A DNA stretch of 248,000 nt from Hyalangium minutum (GTDB taxonomy: Bacteria > Myxococcota > Myxococcia > Myxococcales > Myxococcaceae). A model generated the notes under the pieces. The model did no database searches. It had not been told where the DNA came from and saw only the letters and a program-made list of their open reading frames with translations. Of the stretch, positions 128,142-137,905 are shown piece by piece. The translations under genes were made by a program, and so were the position numbers. The stretch spans positions 20,001 to 268,000 of the forward strand of contig NZ_JMCB01000004.1 in assembly GCF_000737315.1 (NCBI RefSeq), given 5' to 3'. How positions within the stretch are numbered: position 1 is the first letter of the stretch; the number at the start of each line of letters is the position of its first letter.

Positions 128142-128818
128142 GTGGACGCAGGGCCCGTCCAGGTGAGCTCGTACTCGCTGTCGAGCGTCCCCGTCACCCG
128201 GCTCCGCACCTCCACGCCTTCCAGGCGCAGGGTCTCCATCAGGCACAGGAGCGCGCCCTCGTGGTACGCGGCGGGCATGAAGTCGCGCTTCATGACGAGC
128301 CGGCAGTGGCGGGGCCCCAGCCACTGCACGGTCCGCTCGCCGTAGCTCGTCGTGGTCCGGAAGAGCACGGGCAGGCTCGACAGCACGCGCCGCGGCTCGC
128401 TGAACGAGAAGGAGAGGAAGGTCTTCCCCGCGCTCGAGCCCAGGAAGTCCTTCATGCCCCGCTTGCCGAGCTTCCGCAGGGCACCCGAGAAGTCCTCGTC
128501 GCGGGTGCTCAGGCACTGCGCTCCCATGTAGACCAGGCGCAGGAAGTCCGGGATGGCGTACGGCAAGAAGTCGAAGTAGGGCGCCTGCCCGAGCAGCTTG
128601 CTGCAATGCCGCTCCTCTCGCTCGGTGGCCAGGTAGCGCACAGTGTCGAGCACGCCACTGAAGAACAGGCCGCGCACGGTGTCCGTGGGGGTCGCCAGCG
128701 CCAGGCGCTTCTTGAGATCCAGCAGCGCGTTGAGCGGCATCTCCATCTGCGCGGCGACGTCATGCGCGATCGCAGGGGGGCTGCTTCCGGCAGGTTCGTG
128801 GGAGAAGGAGGGGGTCAT
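128138..128818 (-). CDS. DUF2378 / Myxococcales family protein
   Basis: DTVRGLFF, SYGER, YHEG motifs. Confidence 0.75.
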   Translation of the reverse strand: MTPSFSHEPAGSSPPAIAHDVAAQMEMPLNALLDLKKRLALATPTDTVRGLFFSGVLDTVRYLATEREERHCSKLLGQAPYFDFLPYAIPDFLRLVYMGAQCLSTRDEDFSGALRKLGKRGMKDFLGSSAGKTFLSFSFSEPRRVLSSLPVLFRTTTSYGERTVQWLGPRHCRLVMKRDFMPAAYHEGALLCLMETLRLEGVEVRSRVTGTLDSEYELTWTGPAST

Positions 128819-129140
128819 AGGCCGTTCACCTAAAGCAACAGGAGTGCCAACAGCGGGCGCTCCACTGGAGGCCCTGGCGAGCGACTGGGCGCCCTCTCAC
128901 CGGAAGTGTTTCGTCCTGCCACGGCCCCCAGGTCCACACCCGGCTTCCTCGCTCTGAAACTGTAAAAAGGAGGGCCCTCCTGCGATGGGGGAGGCGAAAA
129001 GATTCAGTGCACTTTAGGGAGGGTTGCGCGGCCTGGCGGGCGGCCGCCTGGGATCGTCCACGGGGGAACGAGCAGGGAATTTCCGGAAAAGAAGGGCGGT
129101 TCGCGGGCACGCCGCGGATTAAGTTCCGGCCCGGCAACCG

Positions 129141-132110
129141 ATGCGGAAATGGCTCGTCATAGGGGCGGTGTGTGTCCTGGCGGTGGTGGGCGCGGCTGTG
129201 TTCTGGCTCCAGCCCGAGCCCGTGACGCCCTTGCGTGTTCCGGCATCGGAGACTGCCGCGGCGCGCCCCCTGCCGGACTTCCAGGCGGTGGAGGTGTCCT
129301 CTGGGGAGGCCGAGGGGCTGGCCCTCACGGGCCGTGTCTTGGAGCCCTCGGGGCGTCCCATCCCGGGCGCGGAGGTGTTCCTCGCGGCGAGCGCGCAGAA
129401 GACGCTCACCTCCGTGCGCTGTGACGAGTGCGGCTTGCCGCTGCTGTCCTGTCCGGCCCGTGAGAGTGGCATTCAGTCGCTGGCCTTCTTCGAGCACCAG
129501 CACGGCTTCCTTACCCCACGGGCCACCGTGCGCACGGACGCTCAGGGGAAGTTCCGCTTCGAGCGCTTGGCCGGAGTCTCCTTCTCGGTGTGGGCGAAGG
129601 CGGCGGGCTTCGGCGTGGCGATGCGCGAGCGCGCCGCCCCAGGCGAGCCGGTGGAGCTGTTCCTGCCCGCCCTGCGCACCATCACGGGGCAGGTGGTGGA
129701 TGACGGCGGGCAGCCCATTCCGAACGCCCACATCTACGCAGTGTCTCGGCGCACGGCGCTGCCCGCCGAGGCGGTGGCGGGAGGCGAGGGCCTCTTCACG
129801 TTGGACGGGCTGGGCGAGGGGCCGTTCTACCTCGTGGCCAGCGCCGAGGGCTTCCTGCCCACGGTGGAGCCGCAGGTGGAGGCGGGTCCGCAGAGGGTGC
129901 GACTGCGGCTGACGCCGACGCGCACGCTCGAGGTGCGCGTGGTGCGCGATGGCGCACCCATGGCGGCCACCGTGAGGCTGAAGGCCGATCACCTGTCGCG
130001 CGAGCTGCGCACGCAGGGCGAGCCGGCTCGGTTCACCGGGCTCTACCCGGACGAGGTGGTCATCACCGCTGAGTCCGGGAGCCTGGGGTCGACGCCTCGC
130101 ACCATCACCCTGCAGGAGCGCGTCACCCAGGTGACGATGGAACTGGAGGAGGCGGGCAAGCTGCTCGTCACGGTGGTGGATGACGCGGGCCAGCCCGTGC
130201 CCCAGCCCGAGGTGACGCTGCGCACCGTCACAGGCGAGGTGATCCGCCGGGAGAAGGGCGCCACGGGAGCGCTCGTGGAGCTGGGGCCCATCGCCATCGG
130301 AGACTACCTGGTGCACGGACACACCGAGGGCTTCCAGGACGTGGAGCTCCCCGTGCGCGTGCGGTCCGGAGAGACGCCCGTCGAGCTGGAGATGACGCAG
130401 GCGACGCTCATCTCCGGCCAGGTGATCGACGAGTACGGGCGGCCGGCGCCCAATGTCTCCGTGCTGGTGCAGCCCATTGGGGACACGGTGCTCGCGGACG
130501 CGGATGGGCACTTCGTGGCGCAGGTGCCCTCGCCGGGACTGTACGAGCTGCACGCGCACCACTCCGAGTGGGGCGGTGGCAAGGTGAAGGTGACGGCGCC
130601 CGCCTCGGGGGTGCGGCTGGAGCTGGAGCCGGCCGCGGCCATCGAGGTGACCGTCACCGCCGAGGGCCGCCGGGTGGAGGGCGCGGACGTGGTCCTCTGG
130701 GTGGAGCAGCAGGGGCTCTTCCGCAGCGATCGGCCCTCGGGGCCGGACGGCGTGGTGCCCATGCGAGGCTTGCCGGAGGGCACGTACTGGATGGTGGCCT
130801 CGCACCCGGATTACCTGCCCTCGGATCGGAAGCAGGTGAGGGTGGACGGGGAGCAGGTGGTGAAGGTCACCGCCGAGCTCAAGCCGGGGGCCATGCTCTC
130901 TGGGGACGTGATGGACGAGCAGGGAGCTCCCGTGAGTGGGGCCACCTTGACGGTGATGCCTCGGGGCGCGGAGCCCGCGGCGAGCGATGCACGCGGGCAC
131001 TTCGAGATCCGCGCGCTGCGGCCGGAGCGCACCTACCGGGTGGAGGCACGCCACCCCGGCTACGATCAGGTGGACAAGGCCGATGGCACGCCGGGGGGGC
131101 CGCCGGTGAAGGTGGTGCTCAAGCGCCGGCCGGTGTTCCGAGGCCGCGTGGTGGCCGATGACGGAACGCCGGTGAAGCGCTACCGCCTGGACGAGCACGA
131201 CATCTCCACGCCGGATGGGCGCTTCGAGGTCTCCCTGCCAGTGGCAGGGGAGCAGGTCATGGTCTCGGTGGACGCCCCAGGCTACGAGCCGATGATGGTG
131301 GAGCGGCCCGTGGCGCCGGATCTCGGGGACCTGGTGCTGCAGCGCGCGCCCACGCTCTCCGGGCTGGTGCGAGACGAGGGCGGCGCGCCAGTGGCGGACG
131401 CGGTGGTGACGTGCGAGGTGTGCGACGAGTCCGTGCTCTCGGGGCCGGATGGGCGCTTCTCCATCGCCAGTCCGCCGTACGTGGTGCAGTACTCGGTGTC
131501 GGCGCGCAAGGGCCGCCTGAGCGCGACGGAGACGCTGAGCCGGGGAAACACGTCGACCCTGGTGCTGACGCTGCGTCCGGCGACGCGGGTGAGCGGCACG
131601 GTGTACCTGCCGGGCGGACAGCCCGCGCCGGGCTACCAGCTGGACGGGGTGAACACCGAGCGCGGCGATGCGGTCGTCGTGGTGACGGGGCCGGACGGGC
131701 AGTACAGCGTGGACATGGCGCCGGGCAGCTACCGCTTCATGCTCGGGGAGGATCGCGAGTTCGCCGGAGAGCCCGCGCTGCTGGTGCGCGTCGAGGGCCC
131801 GTCGATGCGCCTGGACTTCGGAGCGGCGCCGGGCTCGGGCTCGCTCACGGTGACAGTCAAGCCCGAGCGAGGCAAGGCGCTCTGGGTGGTGGCGGGGGAT
131901 TCGCCTCCGGTCAACTCTCCGCTGGAGCTGATGCGCTCGCGCTATGCGCAGATGGTCTACCAGCCGCGCTCGGAGCGGGTGACGCTGCAGGGCCTGCCGC
132001 CGGGGCGCTACACGGTGGTGTGGGCGAGCTTCCACGCCGAGGCGCCCGAGGGGCCCATGGTCCGCACGGTGGAGATCCCCGGGGCGCAGGAAGTCTCCAT
132101 GGTGCGCTGA
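129141..132110 (+). CDS. CarboxypepD_reg repeat membrane-anchored protein
   Basis: N-terminal TM; repeated GRV.D..G.P..GA.V / GRF / GY units; CDEC..SC. Confidence 0.75.
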   Translation: MRKWLVIGAVCVLAVVGAAVFWLQPEPVTPLRVPASETAAARPLPDFQAVEVSSGEAEGLALTGRVLEPSGRPIPGAEVFLAASAQKTLTSVRCDECGLPLLSCPARESGIQSLAFFEHQHGFLTPRATVRTDAQGKFRFERLAGVSFSVWAKAAGFGVAMRERAAPGEPVELFLPALRTITGQVVDDGGQPIPNAHIYAVSRRTALPAEAVAGGEGLFTLDGLGEGPFYLVASAEGFLPTVEPQVEAGPQRVRLRLTPTRTLEVRVVRDGAPMAATVRLKADHLSRELRTQGEPARFTGLYPDEVVITAESGSLGSTPRTITLQERVTQVTMELEEAGKLLVTVVDDAGQPVPQPEVTLRTVTGEVIRREKGATGALVELGPIAIGDYLVHGHTEGFQDVELPVRVRSGETPVELEMTQATLISGQVIDEYGRPAPNVSVLVQPIGDTVLADADGHFVAQVPSPGLYELHAHHSEWGGGKVKVTAPASGVRLELEPAAAIEVTVTAEGRRVEGADVVLWVEQQGLFRSDRPSGPDGVVPMRGLPEGTYWMVASHPDYLPSDRKQVRVDGEQVVKVTAELKPGAMLSGDVMDEQGAPVSGATLTVMPRGAEPAASDARGHFEIRALRPERTYRVEARHPGYDQVDKADGTPGGPPVKVVLKRRPVFRGRVVADDGTPVKRYRLDEHDISTPDGRFEVSLPVAGEQVMVSVDAPGYEPMMVERPVAPDLGDLVLQRAPTLSGLVRDEGGAPVADAVVTCEVCDESVLSGPDGRFSIASPPYVVQYSVSARKGRLSATETLSRGNTSTLVLTLRPATRVSGTVYLPGGQPAPGYQLDGVNTERGDAVVVVTGPDGQYSVDMAPGSYRFMLGEDREFAGEPALLVRVEGPSMRLDFGAAPGSGSLTVTVKPERGKALWVVAGDSPPVNSPLELMRSRYAQMVYQPRSERVTLQGLPPGRYTVVWASFHAEAPEGPMVRTVEIPGAQEVSMVR

Positions 132111-132170
132111 GCGCGGGCGGAGAATGGCCGTGAGGTTGCGAGCCCGCCCGCTCGCGCATATGGAAGTCTC

Positions 132171-133406
132171 ATGGACGCATCGGTTCTGCAGGGCCGCCGG
132201 GTCATCGTGGGAGTCGGCGGAGGCATCGCGGCGTACAAGGCGTGCGAGCTCGTGCGCGAGCTGCAGCGAGCAGGCGCTCAGGTGCGCGTCGCCATGACGG
132301 AGGCGGCGAAGCAGTTCGTCACGCCGCTGACCTTCCAGGCGCTCAGCGGGCACCCGGTGCTCACGGACTATTTCGATCCGAACCAGGAAGGAAACTTCGG
132401 GCACCTGGACTTGGCGCGCTGGGCGGAGCTGTTCGTCGTGGCTCCGGCGACAGCGGACCTCATCGCGCGCATCCGGGCGGGGATGGCGGGGGACGCGGTC
132501 ACCACGTCGCTGCTGGCCTTCAAGGGCCCGGTGGTGCTGGCTCCGGCGATGAACGTGGCGATGTGGCAGAACGCGCTGACGCAGCAGAACGTGGCGGCGC
132601 TGGTGGCGGATCCGCGCTTCACGTTCGCGGGGCCGGACGCGGGGCTGCTGGCCTGCGGAGACGTGGGAGCGGGACGGCTCACGGAGGTGAAGGAGATCGT
132701 CGCCGAGGCGGCGGCGCGGATAGGCCAAGGGCCTCTGACGGGCAAGAAGGTGCTGCTGACGGCGGGCCCCACGCGCGAGTTCCTGGATCCGGTGCGGTTC
132801 ATCTCGAATCCCTCGACAGGGAAGATGGGGCTGGCGCTGGCGGAGGCGGCTCGGAAGCTGGGCGCGAAGGTGACGGTGGTGCTGGGGCCGGTGGGGGCAG
132901 TGGATCGCACGGGCCTCGAGGTGGTGGACGTGGTGAGCGCCGAGGACATGGCGCGCGAGGTGCTCTCTCGGGTGGAGGCGGTGGACTGGTTCATCGCCTC
133001 GGCGGCGGTGAGCGACTGGCGGCCGGAGACGCGGGCCCCGCAGAAGGTGAAGAAGGGCGAATCCCCCGAGGTGCTCAAGCTGGTGCGCACGCCGGATGTG
133101 CTCGCGGAGGCCTCGAAGAAGGTGGCGGGAGCGCCGAGGCGGCCGCTGCTGGTGGGCTTCGCCGCGGAGACGGAGCGGGTGCTGGAGCACGCCCGGGAGA
133201 AGCTGGAGCGCAAGAACCTGGACGCCATCGTCGCCAACGACGTGACGGTGCCCGGCGCGGGCTTCGGGACGGACACCAACCGGGTGACGGTGCTCTCCCG
133301 TACAGGGGTACGGAAAGACCTGGAGGGCACCAAGCTCCAGGTGGCGCAGGGGATTCTGGAACTGCTGCTGAGCCTCCCTCCGGCCGTGCCTGGGAGCGGC
133401 AGGTGA
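132171..133406 (+). CDS. coaBC: Phosphopantothenoylcysteine decarboxylase/ligase
   Basis: GGIAAYK, PAMN, LACGDVG, ISNPSTGKMG. Confidence 0.96.
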   Translation: MDASVLQGRRVIVGVGGGIAAYKACELVRELQRAGAQVRVAMTEAAKQFVTPLTFQALSGHPVLTDYFDPNQEGNFGHLDLARWAELFVVAPATADLIARIRAGMAGDAVTTSLLAFKGPVVLAPAMNVAMWQNALTQQNVAALVADPRFTFAGPDAGLLACGDVGAGRLTEVKEIVAEAAARIGQGPLTGKKVLLTAGPTREFLDPVRFISNPSTGKMGLALAEAARKLGAKVTVVLGPVGAVDRTGLEVVDVVSAEDMAREVLSRVEAVDWFIASAAVSDWRPETRAPQKVKKGESPEVLKLVRTPDVLAEASKKVAGAPRRPLLVGFAAETERVLEHAREKLERKNLDAIVANDVTVPGAGFGTDTNRVTVLSRTGVRKDLEGTKLQVAQGILELLLSLPPAVPGSGR

Positions 133407-133554
133407 CGCGGCAGGTTGGATCGGCGGGAGCCTACCTGTAAGATGGTGCCGTTGACCATGGCGCCATGCTCGCCCCTGCGGTAAGCGTGCGGGAGGCGGG
133501 CTCAGGCTGGCTCCTTGAACCGGAGGCACCGCCTCCATTACCGATCGGGCTAAC

Positions 133555-134529
133555 GTGAGCGACCCGCGCGACTCCGCCGAAGAACTGGATGAAGCTGTCG
133601 AGGACCTGCGCCGCCACCTCCTATGGCAGGAGGAGACAGGCGGCCGGGCACTGCTCGTAGACGCGGCCAAGCTGTCGGCCGAGCGCTCGGCTTCCCTCCG
133701 GGCGATGATGCCTCCTCGGGGGGCCAAGGCCCCTGCCGCTCCCGAGAGCCCTGCGGCTCCGGAATCTGCCGCTGCTCCGGAGGCCCCCGCGCCTCATCCG
133801 GCTCCCATGCCTGCCCGCTCGCTGGCTCCCGAGGCCCCTGCCAGAGCCCCGGCTGCCTCCCGAGCGGAGCCTCCCGCTGCGGCGAGCAAGGGGATGCTCT
133901 TTGACGTGCCGCAGCAAGCGCCGCCGTACCCAGGCCCGTTGCCGGGCGTGGTGGAGGGCCAGCGCCCCATGCTGGACGAGATCCGGCGCGAACTCGGGGA
134001 CTGCCGGCGCTGCAAGCTGTGCACGGGGCGCAAGAACATCGTGTTCGGGGTGGGCAACCCGCGGGCGGAGCTGGTCTTCGTGGGCGAGGGCCCGGGAGAG
134101 CAAGAGGACCTGCAGGGGGTGCCCTTCGTCGGCCCAGCGGGTGAGCTGCTGACGAAGATGATCCAGGCGATGGGGTTCTCGCGGGATCAGGTCTACATCT
134201 GCAACGTGGTGAAGTGCCGGCCGCCGGGCAACCGCAACCCGGAGCCGGACGAGATCACCGCGTGCGAGCCGTTCTTGCGCTCGCAGTTGTTGGCGCTGCA
134301 GCCCAAGGTGATCGTGGCGCTGGGGAAGTTCGCAGCACAGACGTTGCTGCGGGACTCCACGCCGATTACGCGGCTGCGGGGGCAGTGGCGGGAGTACCAG
134401 GGGGTGAAGCTGATGCCCACCTTCCACCCGGCGTACCTCCTCCGGAGCCCGGCTGAGAAGAAAAAGGCCTGGGAAGATTTGCAGCAGGTGATGAAGATCT
134501 TCGGTAAGCAACCCGGCTCCCGCACCTGA
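133555..134529 (+). CDS. Family 4 uracil-DNA glycosylase
   Basis: CRRCKLC, GEGPG, KCRPP, TFHPAY. Confidence 0.93.
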   Translation: MSDPRDSAEELDEAVEDLRRHLLWQEETGGRALLVDAAKLSAERSASLRAMMPPRGAKAPAAPESPAAPESAAAPEAPAPHPAPMPARSLAPEAPARAPAASRAEPPAAASKGMLFDVPQQAPPYPGPLPGVVEGQRPMLDEIRRELGDCRRCKLCTGRKNIVFGVGNPRAELVFVGEGPGEQEDLQGVPFVGPAGELLTKMIQAMGFSRDQVYICNVVKCRPPGNRNPEPDEITACEPFLRSQLLALQPKVIVALGKFAAQTLLRDSTPITRLRGQWREYQGVKLMPTFHPAYLLRSPAEKKKAWEDLQQVMKIFGKQPGSRT

Positions 134530-134553
134530 GGGGAGCCCGGAGGGGAGTCACGG

Positions 134554-135561
134554 ATGAAGGGAGTACTCGAGACGCGCGAGCTGCCATCGCCCGCGCTGGA
134601 GTCGAACCCGCTGGCGGACGTCGCTCGCCGGCAGCTGAGGGTGTACCTGCCGCCGGGGTACAACGAGGGCAGCCAGCGCTACCCCACCGTGTACTTCCTG
134701 CACGCCTTCTCCAACAGCGGCGCCTCGTGGACGAACGTGTCAGCGTTCGGGCTCAACGCGCTGGACCGGCTGGACGGGTTGATCGAGGCCGGGACGATTC
134801 CTCCGGTGATTGGCGTGTTCCCGGACGGGTGGACGGCGCTGGGCGGGAGCCAGTGGATCAACAGTGACGCGATTGGGCGCTACCGGGACTACGTGGCCAA
134901 GGACGTGCTGGGCTTCGTGGACCGCACGTACCGGACGCTGCCGAAGGCGGCCTCGCGGGCGGTGGTGGGGCACAGCTCGGGCGGGTACGGAGCGCTGGTG
135001 ATGGGGCGCTACCACCCGGAGCTGTTCAGCCACCTGGGGAGCCACGCGGGCGACTGCTACTTCGAGTACTGCTACCTGCCGGATCTGCCCAAGGCGGCGG
135101 GGGCGCTGCTGAAGGCGGGCGGGGTGGAGGCCTGGTACCAGGACTTCAAGAAGCGCTCACGGGAGACGAAGCCGCGGAGTGACGACTTCACGGTGATCAA
135201 CGTGCTGGCGATGGCGGCGGCGTACTCGCCGAAGAAGGGCGAGCCGCTGAACCTGGAGCTGCCGTTCGATCCGCAGACGGGGCGGCTGAAGCTGGACGTG
135301 TGGAACCGGTGGCTGGTGCACGATCCGGTGCGGTTCGTGCCGAAGTTCCTGGATGCGTTCAAGAAGATGAAGTCGGTATTCCTCGACTGCGGGACGCGGG
135401 ACGAGTTCAACTTGCGCTGGGGCACGCGCATGCTGGCCGAGGAGTTCAAGGCAAGCGGCGCGGAGCTGTGCCACGAGGAGTTCGAGGACTCGCACTCGGG
135501 GGTGACGTACCGGTTCGAGCGCTCGCTGGGGTTCCTGGTTCCGCGGATGGCGCGGGAGTGA
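134554..135561 (+). CDS. Alpha/beta hydrolase (esterase family)
   Basis: YLPPGY, GHSSG, DSH. Confidence 0.85.
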   Translation: MKGVLETRELPSPALESNPLADVARRQLRVYLPPGYNEGSQRYPTVYFLHAFSNSGASWTNVSAFGLNALDRLDGLIEAGTIPPVIGVFPDGWTALGGSQWINSDAIGRYRDYVAKDVLGFVDRTYRTLPKAASRAVVGHSSGGYGALVMGRYHPELFSHLGSHAGDCYFEYCYLPDLPKAAGALLKAGGVEAWYQDFKKRSRETKPRSDDFTVINVLAMAAAYSPKKGEPLNLELPFDPQTGRLKLDVWNRWLVHDPVRFVPKFLDAFKKMKSVFLDCGTRDEFNLRWGTRMLAEEFKASGAELCHEEFEDSHSGVTYRFERSLGFLVPRMARE

Positions 135562-135562
135562 C

Positions 135563-136600
135563 GTGACGATGATTTCCGATCCCTACGGACTGAGCCGCGT
135601 TGTCGGTGAGAAGGGCGTGCTGCCGCAGCGGGCGCGCAAGCTGGAGCCGTCGCTGCCGTGTCGCGAGGCGGAACTGCTCATCGACGTGGAGAGCCTCAAC
135701 ATCGACGCGGCGTCCTTCAAGCAGATCAAGGACGACGTGGGTGCAGAGCCCGCGAAGATCGCGGCGCGCATCCAAGAGATCGTGCGCGAGCGCGGCAAGA
135801 TGCAGAACCCGGTGACGGGCTCGGGCGGCATGTTGCTGGGGCGGGTGAAGGAGATCGGGCCGAAGCACCCGGCTCGAGGGACGCTGAAGGTGGGCGACCG
135901 GATCGCGACGTTGGTGAGCCTGTCGCTGACGCCGCTGGTGATCGAGGAGATCAAAGCGGTGCACGTGGAGATCGACCGGGTGGACATCCGGGGGCACGCG
136001 ATCCTGTTTGCGTCGGGGATCTACGCGAAGCTGCCGTCGGACATGCCGGACACGCTGGCGCTGGCGGCGCTGGACGTGTGCGGGGCTCCGGCGCTGGTAG
136101 CGCGGTACGTGAAGCCAGGGATGACGGTGGCGGTGCTGGGAGCGGGGAAGAGCGGGGCACTGTGCCTGGCGCAGGCGCGGAAGGATCTGAAGGGGCAGGG
136201 GAAGGTGCTGGCGCTGGATATCTCGGAGAAGGCGCTGGCGGCGCTGTCCGGGATTGGTCTGTGCGACACGGCACTGAAGGTGGACGCGACACAGGCGGTG
136301 GACGTGATGGAGGCGGTGTCGCAGGCGACGGGCGGAGCGTTGTGCGATCTGGTGGTGAACTGCGCCTCGGTGGGGAACACGGAGATGGCCTCGATCCTGT
136401 CGGTGAAGGATGGGGGCACGGTGATCTTCTTCTCCATGGCCACGAGCTTCACGGCGGCGGCGCTGGGGGCGGAGGGGGTGGGCAAGGACGTCACGATGCT
136501 GGTGGGCAACGGCTACGCGCCCGGCCACGCGGACCTCACGCTGGACCTGTTGCGCTCCGAACCCGCTCTCCGCAAGCTCTTCGAGACGCGCTACGTCTGA
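135563..136600 (+). CDS. kdd: L-erythro-3,5-diaminohexanoate dehydrogenase
   Basis: LNIDAASF, KMQNPVTGSGGML, LDVCGAPA, AEGVGKD. Confidence 0.9.
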   Translation: MTMISDPYGLSRVVGEKGVLPQRARKLEPSLPCREAELLIDVESLNIDAASFKQIKDDVGAEPAKIAARIQEIVRERGKMQNPVTGSGGMLLGRVKEIGPKHPARGTLKVGDRIATLVSLSLTPLVIEEIKAVHVEIDRVDIRGHAILFASGIYAKLPSDMPDTLALAALDVCGAPALVARYVKPGMTVAVLGAGKSGALCLAQARKDLKGQGKVLALDISEKALAALSGIGLCDTALKVDATQAVDVMEAVSQATGGALCDLVVNCASVGNTEMASILSVKDGGTVIFFSMATSFTAAALGAEGVGKDVTMLVGNGYAPGHADLTLDLLRSEPALRKLFETRYV

Positions 136601-136613
136601 GGAAGGCAGGGCT

Positions 136614-136909
136614 TCAGGTTCTGCCCTTCCACACCGCAGGTCGGCGGCGGACGTGGAGGCACGCGATCACGCTGATGCGCCCCTCATCCACCACGAAGAA
136701 GACGCCATAGGGAAAGCGTCGGAGCAGTGCGCGTCTGATGCGTGGGTGGACGAGCGTGTGGCTGTCGGGCTGCGCTGGATGCCCGCGAGGCAAGTCTCCA
136801 GCGCCTGAAGAAACTCAGCACCCAGGCCCTTGCCCCGTTGCTCGTACCACTGGACAGCGTCCGCGATGTCTGCTTGCGCGGGCTTGCGAAGCTCTAACGC
136901 GCGCTTCAC
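136614..136909 (-). pseudogene. ParE/RelE toxin, frameshifted near 136768
   Basis: AQADIADAVQWYE in one frame; RRALLRRFPYGVFF..VIACLH in another; a single missing C restores ~98 aa. Confidence 0.75.
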
Positions 136910-137127
136910 AGGGACTTGAGCAGGCGCGCTTTGACTTCATCCCAGGACTCGCCCGACTCTGGATTCTCGTCCAGCTCCGCCAGACGCCTCTGAAGTTCGG
137001 CAAGCTGCTCGGGAGGCGTCGCCACCTGCTCCGGGTGAGCCGCGACGCTGTCCCAGAGGTCCTCGGCCAACTGGATGCGCTCGGCAGGACTCAAGTGGAG
137101 GAACTCTGAAAAGGTGACCCGCGACAT
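136906..137127 (-). CDS. Addiction module antitoxin (TIGR02574-type)
   Basis: LSPAERIQLAEDLWDSV...ELQRRL...WDEVKARL; GTGA overlap with toxin. Confidence 0.88.
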   Translation of the reverse strand: MSRVTFSEFLHLSPAERIQLAEDLWDSVAAHPEQVATPPEQLAELQRRLAELDENPESGESWDEVKARLLKSL

Positions 137128-137183
137128 GACTCCAGTTTAGGGCCGAGGTTTCTCCAGAGCCATAGGGATGCTGGGCAGAGGGT

Positions 137184-137816
137184 TTACTGGGATACCGCCG
137201 TGGGGGCAGCAGACCGTGCAAGCGAGTTCGGGGCCGTGACAGGGGACTCGGGCACCTGAGTCTGGGCCCAGTCCTCTGCTGTGCGGCCACTGGAATCCCG
137301 GCGCTCGGGCGACGCGCCCTTCTGCTGGAGCCGCTCCGCCACCTCCTTACGCCCGAACAGCCGCGCGAACATCAGCGCCGTCTGGCCCACTCCGTTTGAC
137401 TGGTCCACTGCGCACGGCTGCTGCAGGAGCAGGTCCACTACCTCCACGTAGCCCTTGAACGCCGCGCCCATCAGCGCCGTGTTTCCTCGCGAGTCTCCCG
137501 CGCACGCATCCGCGCCCCCTGCCAGCAGCGCCCGCACCGTCTCCGTGTGCCCGTGGTACGCCGCCAGAATCAGCGGAGAGAATCCGCGATCGTCCTGCAC
137601 GTTCACCGGCGTCCCGGCCTTGAGCAGTCCCGCCACCAGCTCCGCGTCTCCCTCGCGCGACGCGGCCAGCAGGTAGCGCTCGGCCTCGCTCACCGCCAGC
137701 ACCCGCTGCGCCGGAGGGCGCTTCCAGGACGTGTAGAAATAGCCCGCCACCGCCACCACGCCCAGCACCAGCACCAGCACCGCTCCAGCCAAACCCAGCA
137801 TCACCTTGCGCAGCAT
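137184..137816 (-). CDS. Ankyrin repeat protein (AnkB-like catalase partner)
   Basis: GFSPLILAAYHGH, GNTALMGAAFKG; downstream of catalase. Confidence 0.88.
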   Translation of the reverse strand: MLRKVMLGLAGAVLVLVLGVVAVAGYFYTSWKRPPAQRVLAVSEAERYLLAASREGDAELVAGLLKAGTPVNVQDDRGFSPLILAAYHGHTETVRALLAGGADACAGDSRGNTALMGAAFKGYVEVVDLLLQQPCAVDQSNGVGQTALMFARLFGRKEVAERLQQKGASPERRDSSGRTAEDWAQTQVPESPVTAPNSLARSAAPTAVSQ

Positions 137817-137905
137817 CGCTTCACTCCATGCAGGAAACTTCGAGGGAACCCACCCAACGGACAGAGGCCCCGGGAGCCCGACCTCCCGAGGTCTCCACCT
137901 ACGCG

